Part shown: in pieces, positions 40,837 to 53,376 of the stretch | Layout of the letters: each line of letters begins with the position of its first letter | Numbering within the stretch: the first letter of the stretch is position 1 | Assembly (NCBI GenBank): GCA_951406725.2 | Contig: OX597822.1 | Coordinates: 106,330,001 to 106,394,000, forward strand | DNA length: 64,000 nt | From: Octopus vulgaris | Lineage: Eukaryota | Direction of reading: 5' to 3' | Made by a program: the position numbers and the translations under genes | The notes under the pieces: model-generated | The model's database searches: none | What the model saw: the letters and a program-made list of their open reading frames with translations, nothing else | What the model was told of the DNA's origin: nothing

Positions 40837-42297
40837 TAACGGGGTAGAAAACAGCAACCACTCTCCCACGCATCACTCTTTTCAAACTGATAGACACATG
40901 CACAGCAGAAATAGCGGTAAAATTCTGAAGAGAGACAACTCTGATCCTTGTCTTTTCCGTAATATGAGTTGCCTCCCCAAAATGGTATCCGAGAAAGCAA
41001 TAAATTTTTGTCTACTTTTCATATATTTTCATTTTTTTTTTCGTTTTTTTTTTTTTTGTTACTGGTTTCAATTATAATGACCAAATTGAGAATCTGCTAC
41101 AAAGGGTTATATCGACCCCAGTACCTTACATAATCGATTCTGTTTGTCGAACGGTGTCTCACATGCACGCGTGCATATCAATATATCATCATCATCATCA
41201 TCATCTTCATTTAACGTCCGCTTTCCATGCTAGCATGGGTTGGACGGTTCAACTGGGGTCTGGGGAGCCCGAAAGCTGCACCAGTCCAGTCAGATCTCGC
41301 AGTGTTTCTACAGCTGGATGCCCTTCCTAACGCCAACCACTCCGAGAGTGTAGTGGGTGATTTTATGTGCCACCGACACAGGTGCCAGACGAGACAGGCA
41401 AACGGCCACGCTCGGATGGTGTTTTTTATGTGCCACCGACACAGGTGCCAGACGAGGCTGGCAGACGGCCACGCTCGGATGGTGTTTTTATGTGCCACCG
41501 ACACAGGTGCCAGATGAGGCTGGCAAACGGCCACGATCGGATGGTGTTTGTTACGTGCCCACAGCACGGAGGCCAGTCGATGCGGTACTGGCTACGGCCA
41601 CGTTCGGATGGTTTTCTTGTTTGTGCCACGTGTCACCGGCACTGGTACCACAAAGATACAAATTCCATTGATATATACAGTAATACCTCGCTATATTGCA
41701 GTTCACCTATCGCGGTTTAATATTTAAGCTTATGTTGAATTCTCCGTGGTGTTGTTTTGCATTGATAATAAAATAAATTAGATTTTTTATTATCATCGTT
41801 TAACGTCCGTTTTCCATGCTAGCATGGGTTGGACGGTTCAACGGGGGTCTGTGAAGGCAGGAGGCTGCACCAAGCTCCAGTCTGATCTGGCAGTGTTTCT
41901 ACAGCTGGATGCCCTTCCTAACACCAACCACTCCATGAGTGTAGTGGGTGCTTTTTACATGCCACCGGCACAGGTGCCAGACGGGGCTGGCAAACGGCCA
42001 CGATCGGATGGTGCTTTTTATGTGCCACCGGCACGGAACAATTTTTTTTAAATATACAACTGAAAGAAGTCCGTTGTATATATATGTGTGTGTGTTTGTG
42101 CCTGTATGTGTGTGTTTGTGCCTGTGTTTGTTCAACCAAATAAGAAATAAGTGGAAATTTTACCGGTGAATGTGTTACATTATAAGGCACAAAAAGAAAA
42201 TGACTCTCCCCGAGACACAACAAAATATTCTATTGTTTCCCACTAATTAATTCTCAAAAATAGATAAAAACGAGTCGCTAGCGCAGCTTCTTCTTAC

Positions 42298-42406
42298 CTT
42301 GAATCTCTTGCGAATTACCATCTTTGCCGCCTTCTTTCTTACTCTTTTTGTGTTTGTGTTTCTTTTTCTGTGGCGTCTGATTCAGAAAGCGATATTGCTC
42401 AGGAAG
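42298..42406 (-). CDS. MED19: MED19 coding exon 4 (LPEQYRFLNQTPQKKKHKHKKSKKEGGKDGNSQEIQ)
   Basis: LPEQYR...KKKHKHK continues MED19. Has a ttgcag acceptor and G|gtaag donor; 109 nt, phase 0 to 1. Not in the ORF track; translated by hand. Confidence 0.92.
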
Positions 42407-43358
42407 CTGCAACAGAGAGATTTACACACGAATAATTCAGGATAACCAATTAAAAGATACATTAAACATGACTAAATAAATATCTTAACCCTTAGCACAC
42501 TGTAGGTGCATCGTGTCATCATATGAGTTTTCTCCCTTGTAGTAACCGGGCAGTGGCGGGCGAAACAATTCTAGAGAGAATGCAGTGTGCTAAATGTAAA
42601 TCATTAACACCACTCAGCTATTTTGTGTCAACTCTTCCTTGATTAGATAGCTAAGACAGTGAATTCTCTATCACAGTATCTCACTTATTTGCTGTGGACT
42701 TTTGTCAGGTTTACCCCCTTAAGATCAGCTTCCAGCATTTCCTTAACCAAACATCATGTGCCATTGCTAGCACAATCTTCTCTCTTGCACTCTAAACCTA
42801 ATTTGTCTTATATCCAGCAATTTTCATCCATAGTATGGATGTTGAAAATTATTTTCCATTGCTTTCGTTTTTTTTTTCTTAATTGTTATCCTTAAATTAA
42901 TTTAACAATTAAGAAAAAAAAAAAACGAAAGATTAAAATTTAGGGTGAGGGTTAGGGTTAGTGACAGGATGTTGTCACAGTTTTAGACGCAGCAAATGAT
43001 TTTAGCTCAATAGAGGCAATTGATTGATTAAAATTCGAAAAATTAAACTACGTTAAACTTACAAATTACAATTTTCTCAAGAAAGCCAAGAGAAAAAAAA
43101 GCTTTATTTTGACACATTCTACCAGTACACGAAGTTTAAAAGTGTTTAGTTAACTAGAAAGTGTGTTGAAAACTGCCGTTCAAAAGGAAAAGATCCATAC
43201 TAGCTATTAAACCCACTTCACTGCTTGACTGGTACATATTTTTTTTATCAATGGAGGATGGCAAAAATTTACCTCTACGGGATTTGAAATTAGCAAATGA
43301 AGGGACATAACTAAATATCAGGGCTTCTATCCATCCCTCTTTCAGTTAGTCTCTACAG

Positions 43359-43578
43359 CAGTGGTTTTCAACCAGGGTTCCGCGGAACCTTAGGGTTCCG
43401 CCAGCACAGTCCAGGGTTTCCGCAAGAGGTTACAAAACTGCTAAAATCGGCAGTAATTTTTAATTCTCCTGTGCAGATATGTGTGCATAAGACTATTAAA
43501 TTATTGCACAGAGGTTCCCCGAGCCAGTGGAATGTTTCCTTTGAGGTTCCGCTCCAGCAAAAAGATTGAAAAGCACTG
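43359..43578. mobile_element. hAT (Charlie-like) MITE, 220 bp
   Basis: TIRs cagtggttttcaa / ttgaaaagcactg with a perfect 8-bp TSD ctctacag. Confidence 0.9.
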
Positions 43579-44453
43579 CTCTACAGTAAGGGATCGACGC
43601 CCCCGCTCCATTTATACACACACACACACACCCGGTTCCCCATGGCACGGGAAGAGATACCATAACATCACCGAGGGTAGATTAAAAGATAATTTTTTAA
43701 AAACTTGGTTAACAGAAGAGAGACAAATGTGCGAATAAAGTAGACTAAGGGAGATAACTGTCGGTGAAAACTAGTCGCCAGGCGAAATACTGAACAGTAT
43801 TTCGTCTTCCGCTACGTTCTGAGTTCAAATTCCGCCGAGGTCGACTTTGCCTTTCGTCCTTTCGGGGTCGATAAATTAAGTACCAGTTATGCACTGGGGT
43901 CGATATAATCGACTTAATCCGTTTGTTTTTCCTTGTTTGTCCTCTCTGTGTTTAGCCCCTTGTGAGTAGTAAAGAAATAGGTATGGTTGCCCAATTAATT
44001 TAATATTGAATTTAATATTAAGTAGCACGAAATTTTCAAAACATAAACGGATAATGTGTTAGAACGAAGCCCATCCAGAAATATCCTTTTGCTCAGATGT
44101 TCTATTTTTTGCACATTTTCTACAAACGGATGCCCATTTTGCCTTCAACAACTTTATCGAGTATCTTTTACCTATTTTTCTTTCCAATACAGACCTTCGC
44201 TAATTATTTCCTTAACACCATGTTACCACATTTCCATTACAATACACAGCCTTTACTTTAATTAATTTTTAAAATAATGAAGAATTTAGTAAACTATTGC
44301 CCCTAGAATTGTTTCCCCTACCATAATTTTTGAGGTAACAAAAAATATGAGCACCTAGTATTTTAAAACTGTTATAACTTTCGTTGTATGAAGTGTACAG
44401 ACGTGATATTTTTTCCATTGTATACTAATAAAGGAATGGATGAGGAATATTTG

Positions 44454-44866
44454 GGGATCTTTTCGGTTTGACTGGCAGTTTTTAAAAATAATTTCCACGT
44501 AACTAAACACTTTTAAACTTCGTATACTGGTAGAATGTGTTTATAAAACATCTTTTTCTCTTGGCTTTATTAAGAAAATTCTGTAGTTTGTAAGATATTT
44601 GTTGTTTTTTTTCTTCAATTTCTTCAATTTCAACCAATCAATGACGCCTATTAAGGTGAAAACATTCTGTGTCGCATGAATATATCCCTCGTTTAAGAAA
44701 TAGATTGGATTTATTTACATTTCTGAAGAAAAAAAGATACCCTTCCCCCCACCCCTAACCCTAAAACAGATTGAAATGCAATAGATCGATACTAGGGTCA
44801 TAATTATGGGTGACAATTTCATATGACACCGCTAGAAAAAACTGCCGTTCAAACCGAAAAGATCCC
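44454..44866. mobile_element. MITE with ~30-bp TIRs (gggatcttttcggtttgaacggcagttttt) and internal CCCTAA units
   Basis: A second copy lies at 56236-56657 and a partial inverted copy at ~42900-43197. Confidence 0.82.
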
Positions 44867-45509
44867 AGACCTTCGCTAATTGTTTCCTTAACACCATGTT
44901 ACCACTTTTCTATTACAATACACAGCCTTTACTGTAATAAATTTTTTAAAATAATGAAGAATTTAGTAAACTATTGCCCCTAGAATTGTTTCCCCTACCA
45001 CTGTATTATTTTTGAGGTAACAAAAAATATGAGCACCTAGTATTTTAAAACAGTTATAACTCTCGTTGTATTAAGGGTACAGACCTGATATGTTTTTTTT
45101 CCTTTGTATACTAATAAAGGCATGGATGAGGAATATTTTGATACAATACATTATATTCTGTATATAGTAACAAAAATTTTTAGGACAATATAAACGGAAA
45201 CTTCATTCAACCCTAAGGAAAAATACCTCTCATAAATGTATAAAAGACAAGACACTCAACTCTCATCTTCCCATCACCCTTGCTTGGGCTAATTCTATCC
45301 CAAACTGAGTGCTTTTTTCAATCCTTCATTTTCATCATCATCATCATCAACATTTAGCATCCATTTTCCATGCTAGCATCAGTAAGATGGTTTGAATGGT
45401 GGTAGTAAGCTAGAGAGCTGCACCAGGCTCCGGCCGTCTGTTTTGGCTTGGTTTCTACAGTTTGATGCCTTACTAATGCCAACCACTTTACAGAGTATAC
45501 TGGGCGTTT

Positions 45510-45895
45510 TTACATGTCATTGGCACAAGTGCTTTGTACATATCACTGGCACAGGTGCCTTTTATATATTACTGGCACAGGTGCCTTTTAAGTATATCAT
45601 TGGTGTGGGTTCCTATAATGTGCCACTGGCACAGGTGTCTTTTACATGTCACTGGCAAAGGTGCCCTTTATGTGTCACTGGCAGGAATGCCTTTTAGATA
45701 TCAGTGGCACAGGTTCCTCTAATGTTCCACTGGCACAGGTGCCTTTAACATGTCACTGGCACAGGTGTCTTTTATATATCACTGGCATGGGTTCCTTTAA
45801 TGTGCCACCAGCACAGTTACCTTTTACATGTCACTGGCATGGGTTCATCTAATGTGCCACCAAAATGAGTGCTTTTTATGTGCCACTGGTACTGG
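45510..45895. repeat. Degenerate ~29-bp minisatellite inside a family-4 element
   Basis: About 13 units of tg(t/c)cactggcacaggtgcctttta. Confidence 0.8.
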
Positions 45896-46758
45896 CCATG
45901 ACCACAATTCACTTAGTATGGCATGTCTTCTCAAGCGCATAAATCGCCAGAAGTCTTGGTCACTTGTCATCTTGTCCAGAAATGTAGCTCTATGAAATAA
46001 TCTCTTGCTGACGTTGTTTAGCCTCGGGTCAATCCTGATCAAGAGGACCCACAATCAAAGACATTCCAACTGTTACCATCTCAACTTTGAGAGGTATACA
46101 ATATTACTACTACTACTATATTTCCTTCTTGGGACACAAAAGTCTGCTTGCGAAGACCTGTTGAGGCAAGTGAAATCGAAATCGATCAAAAATCAATGGA
46201 AATTGTAGTTGTGATACCAATGCTGGTGGCATGTAAAAGAACCATCCAAACGTGGCCGTTGCCAGCGCTGCCTCAACTGGCCTCCGTGCTGGTGGTACGT
46301 AAAAAGCATCAACCAATCATGACCGTTGCCAGCCTCCCCTGGCACCTGTGCTGGTGGCATGTAAAAAGCATCCATTACACTCATGGAATGGTTGGCATTA
46401 GGAAGGGCATCCAGCTGTAGAAACACTGCCAGATCAGACTGGAGCCTGGTGCAGCCTCCTGGCTTCCCAGACCCCAGTCGAACCGTCCAACCCATGCTAG
46501 CATAGAAAGCGGACGTTAAACGATGATGATGATATTATCCAAATAAATGTGTAATGGGGAGGGGGGTTCATAGTATTTTCTCCTTGTCGCCGCCCAGTCT
46601 GTTGCAAATATACAGGGTAGGTCTCTGCTTTGAGGATTGCTTGCTCCTAACCTGGTCGAGATGGTCCTGGAGTGGATCTAAGCAAGCAGCAAAGACAAAG
46701 TTTTAACAAAGAAGACAATGGTTTGAAAGTGAATGACAAAATAAGATTGTATATTTAC

Positions 46759-46858
46759 AGGACCAGGGTGGAGTCTGAAACCTGCTAGGCTTGCACCTGA
46801 CAATGGTAATAATTCCCGGGTACTGATTGGTGGCTTTTCAATCACTGACCGAAGGGAG
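46759..46858 (-). CDS. MED19: MED19 coding exon 3 (SSLRSVIEKPPISTRELLPLSGASLAGFRLHPGP)
   Basis: Contains the MED19 motifs SLRS.IEKPPI and LAGFRLH.GP. Has a ttacag acceptor and gtaaat donor; 100 nt, phase 2 to 0. Confidence 0.95.
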
Positions 46859-46986
46859 CTGTAAAGTGGAAAATAAGTGGAGAAGAGAAATATTAAATGA
46901 AAAGAAATTTGCATAATGAGATGAGAAAACAAAATATTTGCATGAGATAAAAGCATTTGCATAAGGAAACAACAGTATTTACATAC

Positions 46987-47882
46987 CGTGTGCTGGAACG
47001 AAGACAATTGCAGCATGGAAGGTGTTTATAAGCCATTTAAGAAACACATGCTGTGCTTAAGGAGACTCAGCAAGCGCAAGTGAGACCATAACCTTGTGGC
47101 CTGTGCCAGGGGTGTAACCAGTCCACATATGCGTGTCTTTCCTTCAGTGGACACTAAACTCCAAGTGAACTCGAAATCAAATTCGATGACTGGCATCTGT
47201 GCTAGTGGAGCGCTAAGAGCACCATACGAGTGAGATCGTTGCCAGAGCAACAAGCTAGCCTCCGTGCCAATGGCACATTAAAAACACCATTCAAGCGTGA
47301 TCATTACCTGCATTGCCTTACTGGCACTTGTGCTGGTGGCACGTGAAAAAACATTCGAGCGAGGTCGTTGCCAGTGCCACTGGACTGGCTCCTGTGCAGG
47401 TGGCACATAAAAAGCACCATTTGGGCGTGGCCGTTGCCAGTACCACATGACTGGCCCTCATGCCGGTGGCACATAAAATCACCCACTACACTCTCGGAGT
47501 GGTTGGCATTAGGAAGGGCATCCAACTGTAGAAACTCTGCCAGATCAGATTGGAGTCTGGTGCAACCATCTGGTTTGCCAGTCTTCAGTCAAATCGTCCA
47601 ACCCATGCTGGCATGGAAAGCGGACGTATAATGATGATGATGATGACAAAAACCGTTAGATTCACTTCAACATTTAAATTTAATTTGTCAAAATATTTTC
47701 ATCGCTTTGAGACCGTGACCTGTTCACTGACAAAACTGATGCAGCACGAAGTTTTGTCAGTGAACAGGTCGTGGTCACAAAGCGACGAAAATATTTTGAC
47801 AAATTAAATTTAAATGTTGAAGTGAATCTAACGAATTCTGTGTGTTTCTTAAATGGCTTATAAACACCTTCCATGCCGCAGT
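46987..47882. mobile_element. Family-B palindromic element with two divergent hammerhead motifs, interrupted by a family-4 element (47050-47645)
   Basis: Motifs at 47753-47803 (+) and 47734-47684 (-), each with a 7-bp stem I tttgtca/tgacaaa. Confidence 0.75.
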
Positions 47883-49545
47883 AGTTACATAATGTGATGA
47901 AAAATACAAAATATTGGTATAACAGAATGAAATGACAAAATATTAGCAGAATAAAAAACACAGGATTTGTCAGAATGCAGGAACAATTTGATCACTTAAA
48001 GAGCAAAACTGAGGCATGTTGAGAACGTTAATATAAGTTTCAGATTTTGGCACAAGGCCAGCAACTTTGGGAGACAAGGCTCTATAGTAGGAAGCTTACT
48101 CCCCAACAATGTGGGGACAGGTTCAGTCATACTGCAACTGCACAGCATCTGGGGCCAATGTCTTCTAGTATAGCCTGCTCAGGGCTGACAAAGTCTTGTG
48201 AAGGAATGAATGAATTTGGTATACAGAAATTGAAAGAAGCTGATATATATTTATGTACTGTTTGTTTTGACATCATGTGGTTGTAAACAAGAGTCACTGT
48301 CATACAAGTGGTGTTGTTTATTTCCAGTCTTCTTTGGAAAATGATTGGCCATGAAGAAAAATTACCTTGATTGGAAATAGATGGGTTGGCAACAGGAAGG
48401 CCATTCAGTCTAAGAAAATCTGCCTCAATAAATTCCATTTGACCCACAGAGCATGGAAAAATAGACATATGATGATGATGACTAGAGTGCTACCTATTAT
48501 ATGAAAGATTACTTTGGAAGTATACTTTGCTGCCATGGGTTATACGAGGAAATATAGCCTGTCTCTTAGCTTTTACTTGTTTCAGTCATTAGACTGCAGC
48601 CATGCTGGGGCACACACAATCATCATAACTTAACTTTAATCAAATTTCTTGATGCTTATACAAAATGATGAAAATTTTCATTGTAGACATACCCTACAAT
48701 GTCATTCTAAAAATATAGAAACTCACCACTGAAATCGTGAAGCTACAAGATAATGGATTAAAGTGAACAAAATGTGAATAAATAAGGAATACATTTGATA
48801 AAGAAATCTGAATGCTAAAGGAGTTGACCCTTTAGTATTTAAGCCAGCCATATCCCAGCCCAAATATTCAATTCGTTTTACAGTCAAACTGACCAGATCC
48901 AGCTTCTCACACCTATCCTGTAATGTCATTCTAAAAACAAACAGTTGTATCATTGAAATCTCAAAGCTATGAGAAAATGCATGATTAATTCAAAACTATG
49001 TGAATAAAAAAGCAATCATCGTTTAACGTCCGCTTTCCATGCTAGCATGGGTTGGACGATTTGACTGAGGGCTGGCGAACCAGACGGCTGCACCAGGCTC
49101 CAATCTTGATCTGGCAGAGTTTCTACAGCTGGATGCCCTTCCTAATGCCAACCACTCAGAGAGTGTAGTGGGTGCTTTTTACGTGCCAGTCAGGCGGTAC
49201 TGGCAACGACCTCGCTCGAATCTTTTTACACATGCCACTGGCATAGGTGCCAGTAAGGCGATGTTGTTAACGAACATGCTCGAATGGTGCCCTTTTACAT
49301 GCCACCAACACAGAGCCAGTTGGCTGCTCTGGCAACGATCATGCTCGGATGGTGCTCTTGGCACCCTACTAGCATGGGCACAATTGCCAGTAAGGTGACG
49401 CTGGTAACGATCACACTTAAATGGTGCCCTTTTATGTGCCACTGGCATGGAAACCGGTTCCACTGGCACAATCCAAATGCCACAGGGGTTAAATAACAAT
49501 AACCCAATAAGACAAAAAGAAAACAAAAAGAACAATAAAGTATAC

Positions 49546-49702
49546 CTTGTGTCATTAATGCCAGGTGTGTCGATATTTCCAGGAAGTGTAGGTAAGAATG
49601 CACTGAGTTCCTCTTTCACTTTCTTTGTAAAAAATTTATTGTAGGAATTACCAAGTCCATAATATGACATAAGGTTTGTGTATCCAGTCATTTCGGCTTG
49701 CT
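49546..49702 (-). CDS. MED19: MED19 coding exon 2 (EQAEMTGYTNLMSYYGLGNSYNKFFTKKVKEELSAFLPTLPGNIDTPGINDT)
   Basis: Matches the MED19 core TNL..Y.L...YNKF..KKVKE.LS.FLP.LPG.ID.PG. Has a cag acceptor and AG|gtata donor; 157 nt, phase 1 to 2. Confidence 0.95.
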
Positions 49703-50059
49703 CTGATTTAGGGGAAACAAAATGAAAAATAAATCATGTTAGTTTGTCAATTGTGTGTTATTCTAATATTAATACATAACCACTTATAGGCAACAAACTG
49801 GCAGAATCGTTAGCATGCCTAATGATCTAAGGCAGTGAGCTGGTAGAAACGTTAGCACGCCGAGCGAAATGCTTAGTGGTATTTCATCTGCCGTTACGTT
49901 CTGAGTTCAAATTCTGCCGAGGTCGACTTTGCCTTTCTTCTCTTCGGGGTCGATAAATTAAGTACCAGTTACACACTGGGGTCGATGTCATCGACTTAAC
50001 ACCTATGTCTGTCATTGTTTGTCCCCTCTATGTTTAGCCCCTTGTGGGCAATAAAGGAG

Positions 50060-50263
50060 GAGGTTGAAACTGACATTTCAGAGTTCTTCGCTTTGAAACC
50101 AAAAGAGTTTTACATTGATGGGATTAAAAAGCTGGTAAATAGATGGAAGGAAGTCATAGATAATCAGGGAAAGTACATTGATGATTAAATTTCAATTGAA
50201 TATCACATTTGATCACTTGTTTTCTTTATTCAAAATTTGGACAGAACTTATGGGATGACCTGA
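50060..50263 (+). mobile_element. Mariner 3'-terminal fragment
   Basis: Encodes EFYIDGIKKLVNRWKEVIDNQGKYIDD*. TIR-like end acagaacttatgggatgacctgata. Confidence 0.75.
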
Positions 50264-50993
50264 TAGATATATGTTTGTGTGTCTGTGTTTGTCCCCCCAT
50301 GATCGCTTGACAACCAATGTTGGTGTGTTTACATCCCTGTAACTTAGTGGTTCAGCAAAAGAGGCCGATAGAGTAAGTACTAAGCTTACACAGCATAAGT
50401 CCTGGGGTCGATTTGTTCAACTAAAGGCAGTGCTCCAGCACGGCTGCAGTCAAATGACTGAAAAGAATAAAGAATACACAACAGATTTCGGTTTCCATCT
50501 ACCAAATCTAATTACAAAGTTATAGTAAAAGGTCCCAGCCCAAAGTGCTGCACAATAAAACTAAACCTGAAGCCATGTGCATGGGAAATTTTCTTCCCAA
50601 CCACAAGGGTTCAGGTTCAGTCCCAGTGCATGGCACATTGAGCAAGTATTTTCTTTTATAGCCCCAGGCTGGCCAAAACCTTGTCAGTATATTTGATAAA
50701 CAGAAACTGAAAGAAGCCTCCCACACAGACATATATAATACGCAATATGTTCTTTAATAAGATTTGATGTTGCTTGAGGAAGATTTAGCTCCTATTTCTA
50801 GTAGGTTGTTTGGCAGAAAGTGTTTGGGTAAATATTTGTGAAGCATTAAGATTCTACATTGCTATATTTGTTTATGAAAAGGAAAGAGCAGCAGATGTGG
50901 GTTTGTGGTAACAGATGTATATGTTCGACTACACAACCAATGTAATTCGTTAGAAACGGTAAATGACATTTCAAAGACAATACTACTTTTTTA

Positions 50994-51263
50994 GTACTAC
51001 TTAAGAAGAGTGGTCCCGGTGCGCGCACTCGCGTACTCGTGCGTCCACGCTAGCTAGTCGTGACTAGTCGATCCTAACTTTGTGCTTTTGTGTTTTATTT
51101 ACGTTGTTTTTAAAAAAATTATTTACTTTGTGTAAAAAAAATTATTTATTTTGTGTTTTATTTACTTTGCTAGGTAGTCGTCGTAGGATCGACTAGTCAC
51201 GACTAGCTAGCGCGGATGCGCGAGTACACGAGTGCGCACACCGGGACCACTCTTAAGTAGTAC
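50994..51263. mobile_element. Fold-back MITE with ~85-bp GC-rich TIRs
   Basis: gtactactt..gtggtcccggtgcgcgcactcg..ctagtcgatcct is inverted at the right end. A second copy lies at 52551-52797. Confidence 0.85.
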
Positions 51264-52917
51264 CACTTTTTCTTTTTACGTTTGTAATTAAGATAGTTTA
51301 GCTTGTCTTGGTAATTAAAAGTTGCCTCATTGATTACAAAGACAAGTCAAACTGTCTTAATTACCGCTTCATGGTATATTTTATCATTTATAATTTTTTA
51401 TAGACATTCGAGTATTCCAGCATGTTTCTGTGTGGTTCCTGCATTTTGTACTGAAGATCGTTGGGTTTCAATTCGTGCGGTTAAAATATAAGATAACGGA
51501 TGTTGTTGACATGTCATGGTACATCTGGATAAAAGTTGAATCGACGAGAAAAAGTCTATTTTTCTAACCGTTCATCATCATCATTGTTCGACCGTGGTCG
51601 AGACGATGGAATTTACTATGCTATGCCAGACTTCACGGTCCATCATAACATTACGGAGGTCCTGTTGCAGGATGCCTGTATCCCTGGAGGTTAATCTCTA
51701 ACCGTTAACCTCACAGCAAAATTAAAAGCAAAAAGACACACAGATGTCTGTCATTATTATAATTGTAATAATAATAATAATAATAATAGGTTCAAATTTT
51801 GGAAAAGAGCCAGCTGTTTTTGAAAGGATAGAAGGCTAAGTACACTTAGGCGACATTTGAACTCAAACATTCGAAAGAAATGCAGCAAAGAATTTTGTCC
51901 GAGTTGCTAACAATTCTGCTAAGCTCGACGCCTTAATAATAATCCTTTCTACTAAAGGCACAAGGCCTGAAATTTAAGGGGAGAGGGACTAGTCGATTAC
52001 ACCGACCCCAGTGTTTCACAGGTACTTATTTACCTCGGCGGAATTTGAACTCAGAACGTAGCGCCAGACAAAATGTTGAAAAGCATTTTGTCCGGTGTGC
52101 TAACGATTCAATAATAATGGTTTCAAATTTTGGCATAAGGCAAGTTCGTGGGAGGGGGTAAGTCGATTATATCGACCCCCAGTGCTCAACTGGTATTTAT
52201 TTTACCGACCCCCGAAAGGATGAAAGGCAAAGTCGATCTCGGCGGAATTTGAAATAAGAACGTAAAGACGGAGGAAATGGTGCTAAGCATTTTGTCCGGC
52301 ACGGTAACGATTCTGCCAACGCACCACTTTAATAATAATAATAATAATATTGGTTCCAGTTTTTGGCACAAGGCCAGCAATTTTGCAGGAGGGGATATGT
52401 CGACTACATCGATCCCTAGTGCTTAAATGGAACTTATTTTATCGAACCCGAAGGCATTTGAACTCAGAATATAAAGACGGATGAAATGCCGCTAAGCATT
52501 TTGCCCGGCACGGTAACGATTCTACCAGCTTGCCGATGATAATAATAATGGTACTACTTGAGAACAGTGGTGCCGGTGCGCGCACTCGCGCAAGCTAGTC
52601 ATGACTAGTCGATCCTTACTTTGTGTTTTTGTGTTTTGTTTACTTTGTTTAACAAAAATTATTTACTTTATGTAAATAATTATTTATTTTGTGTTTTATT
52701 TACTTTGCTAGTAGGATCGACTAGTCACGACTAGCTAGCGCGGATGCGGGACTACGCGAGTGCGCGCACCGGGACCACTGATCTCAAGTAGTATACCAAT
52801 AATAATAATAATATTGAAGAAGAACAAGAACAAGAAGAAGAAGACATGGAAATAAATAGCGTTGAAGAAAAAATATTTAAAAAGAACCAAAAAATACAAA
52901 AAGGTATTCTTTTTTAC

Positions 52918-53104
52918 CAGGTACATCTTTCATGAGGTAAAACGGTCCCGAATGGATAACAGACGGTACTTTGCCTAAACTGATGGTAGTTTTAAGTGTT
53001 CCTGTGGAATCGGTGCGCGGATGTGCCGGGGACCTGGAACCCCTGGGGCTGGATTTGGGGCTGGAGATCGCGGGTTCAACTCTGCGGAGCTGATCTGCCA
53101 TCAT
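52918..53104 (-). CDS. MED19: Mediator subunit 19, coding exon 1 (MMADQLRRVEPAISSPKSSPRGSRSP...LKTTISLGKVPSVIHSGPFYLMKDVP)
   Basis: ATG at 53104. SPKSSPRG, TLKTTISLGK and GPFYLMK are motifs recognised from metazoan MED19. Ends at G|gtaaaa donor; 187 nt, phase 1. Confidence 0.93.
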
Positions 53105-53357
53105 TATCGTTTTTTTAAAACGAATTCGCAGAGTACAATATATGGAATGGTAAATTGGAGTATTTGATAGCAACAGAAATACTAATTATTTAAGCTGTTT
53201 GGTGACATCTGAAAAGACTACATCTTTTGTTTTAAATGAAAAGAGATTCCATCGAAGAAGAGAGACGAGAGTGGAATCAACAAAATAGACGGTGTGTACC
53301 ATGTGACAGTGTGACGTAAGCGGTCTTGACGGAAAATAGTGTCCAGTTTCGAAAATG
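53105..53357 (-). promoter_or_regulatory. Probable MED19 5'UTR and proximal promoter
   Basis: Unique sequence between the ATG and the SINE array, with a CRE-like TGACGTAA at 53312-53319. The TSS cannot be determined from sequence. Confidence 0.45.
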
Positions 53358-53376
53358 GTCCGGTATATGAATTACC

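Noticed and set aside
45510-45895. CRISPR-like ~29-bp repeats
   Set aside because: Contiguous degenerate units with no spacers, inside a retroelement.
52877-53173. ORF-track start (53173) and end (52877) for MED19 exon 1
   Set aside because: 53173 is a non-ATG start. The ATG is at 53104, and the frame beyond 52918 is intron.
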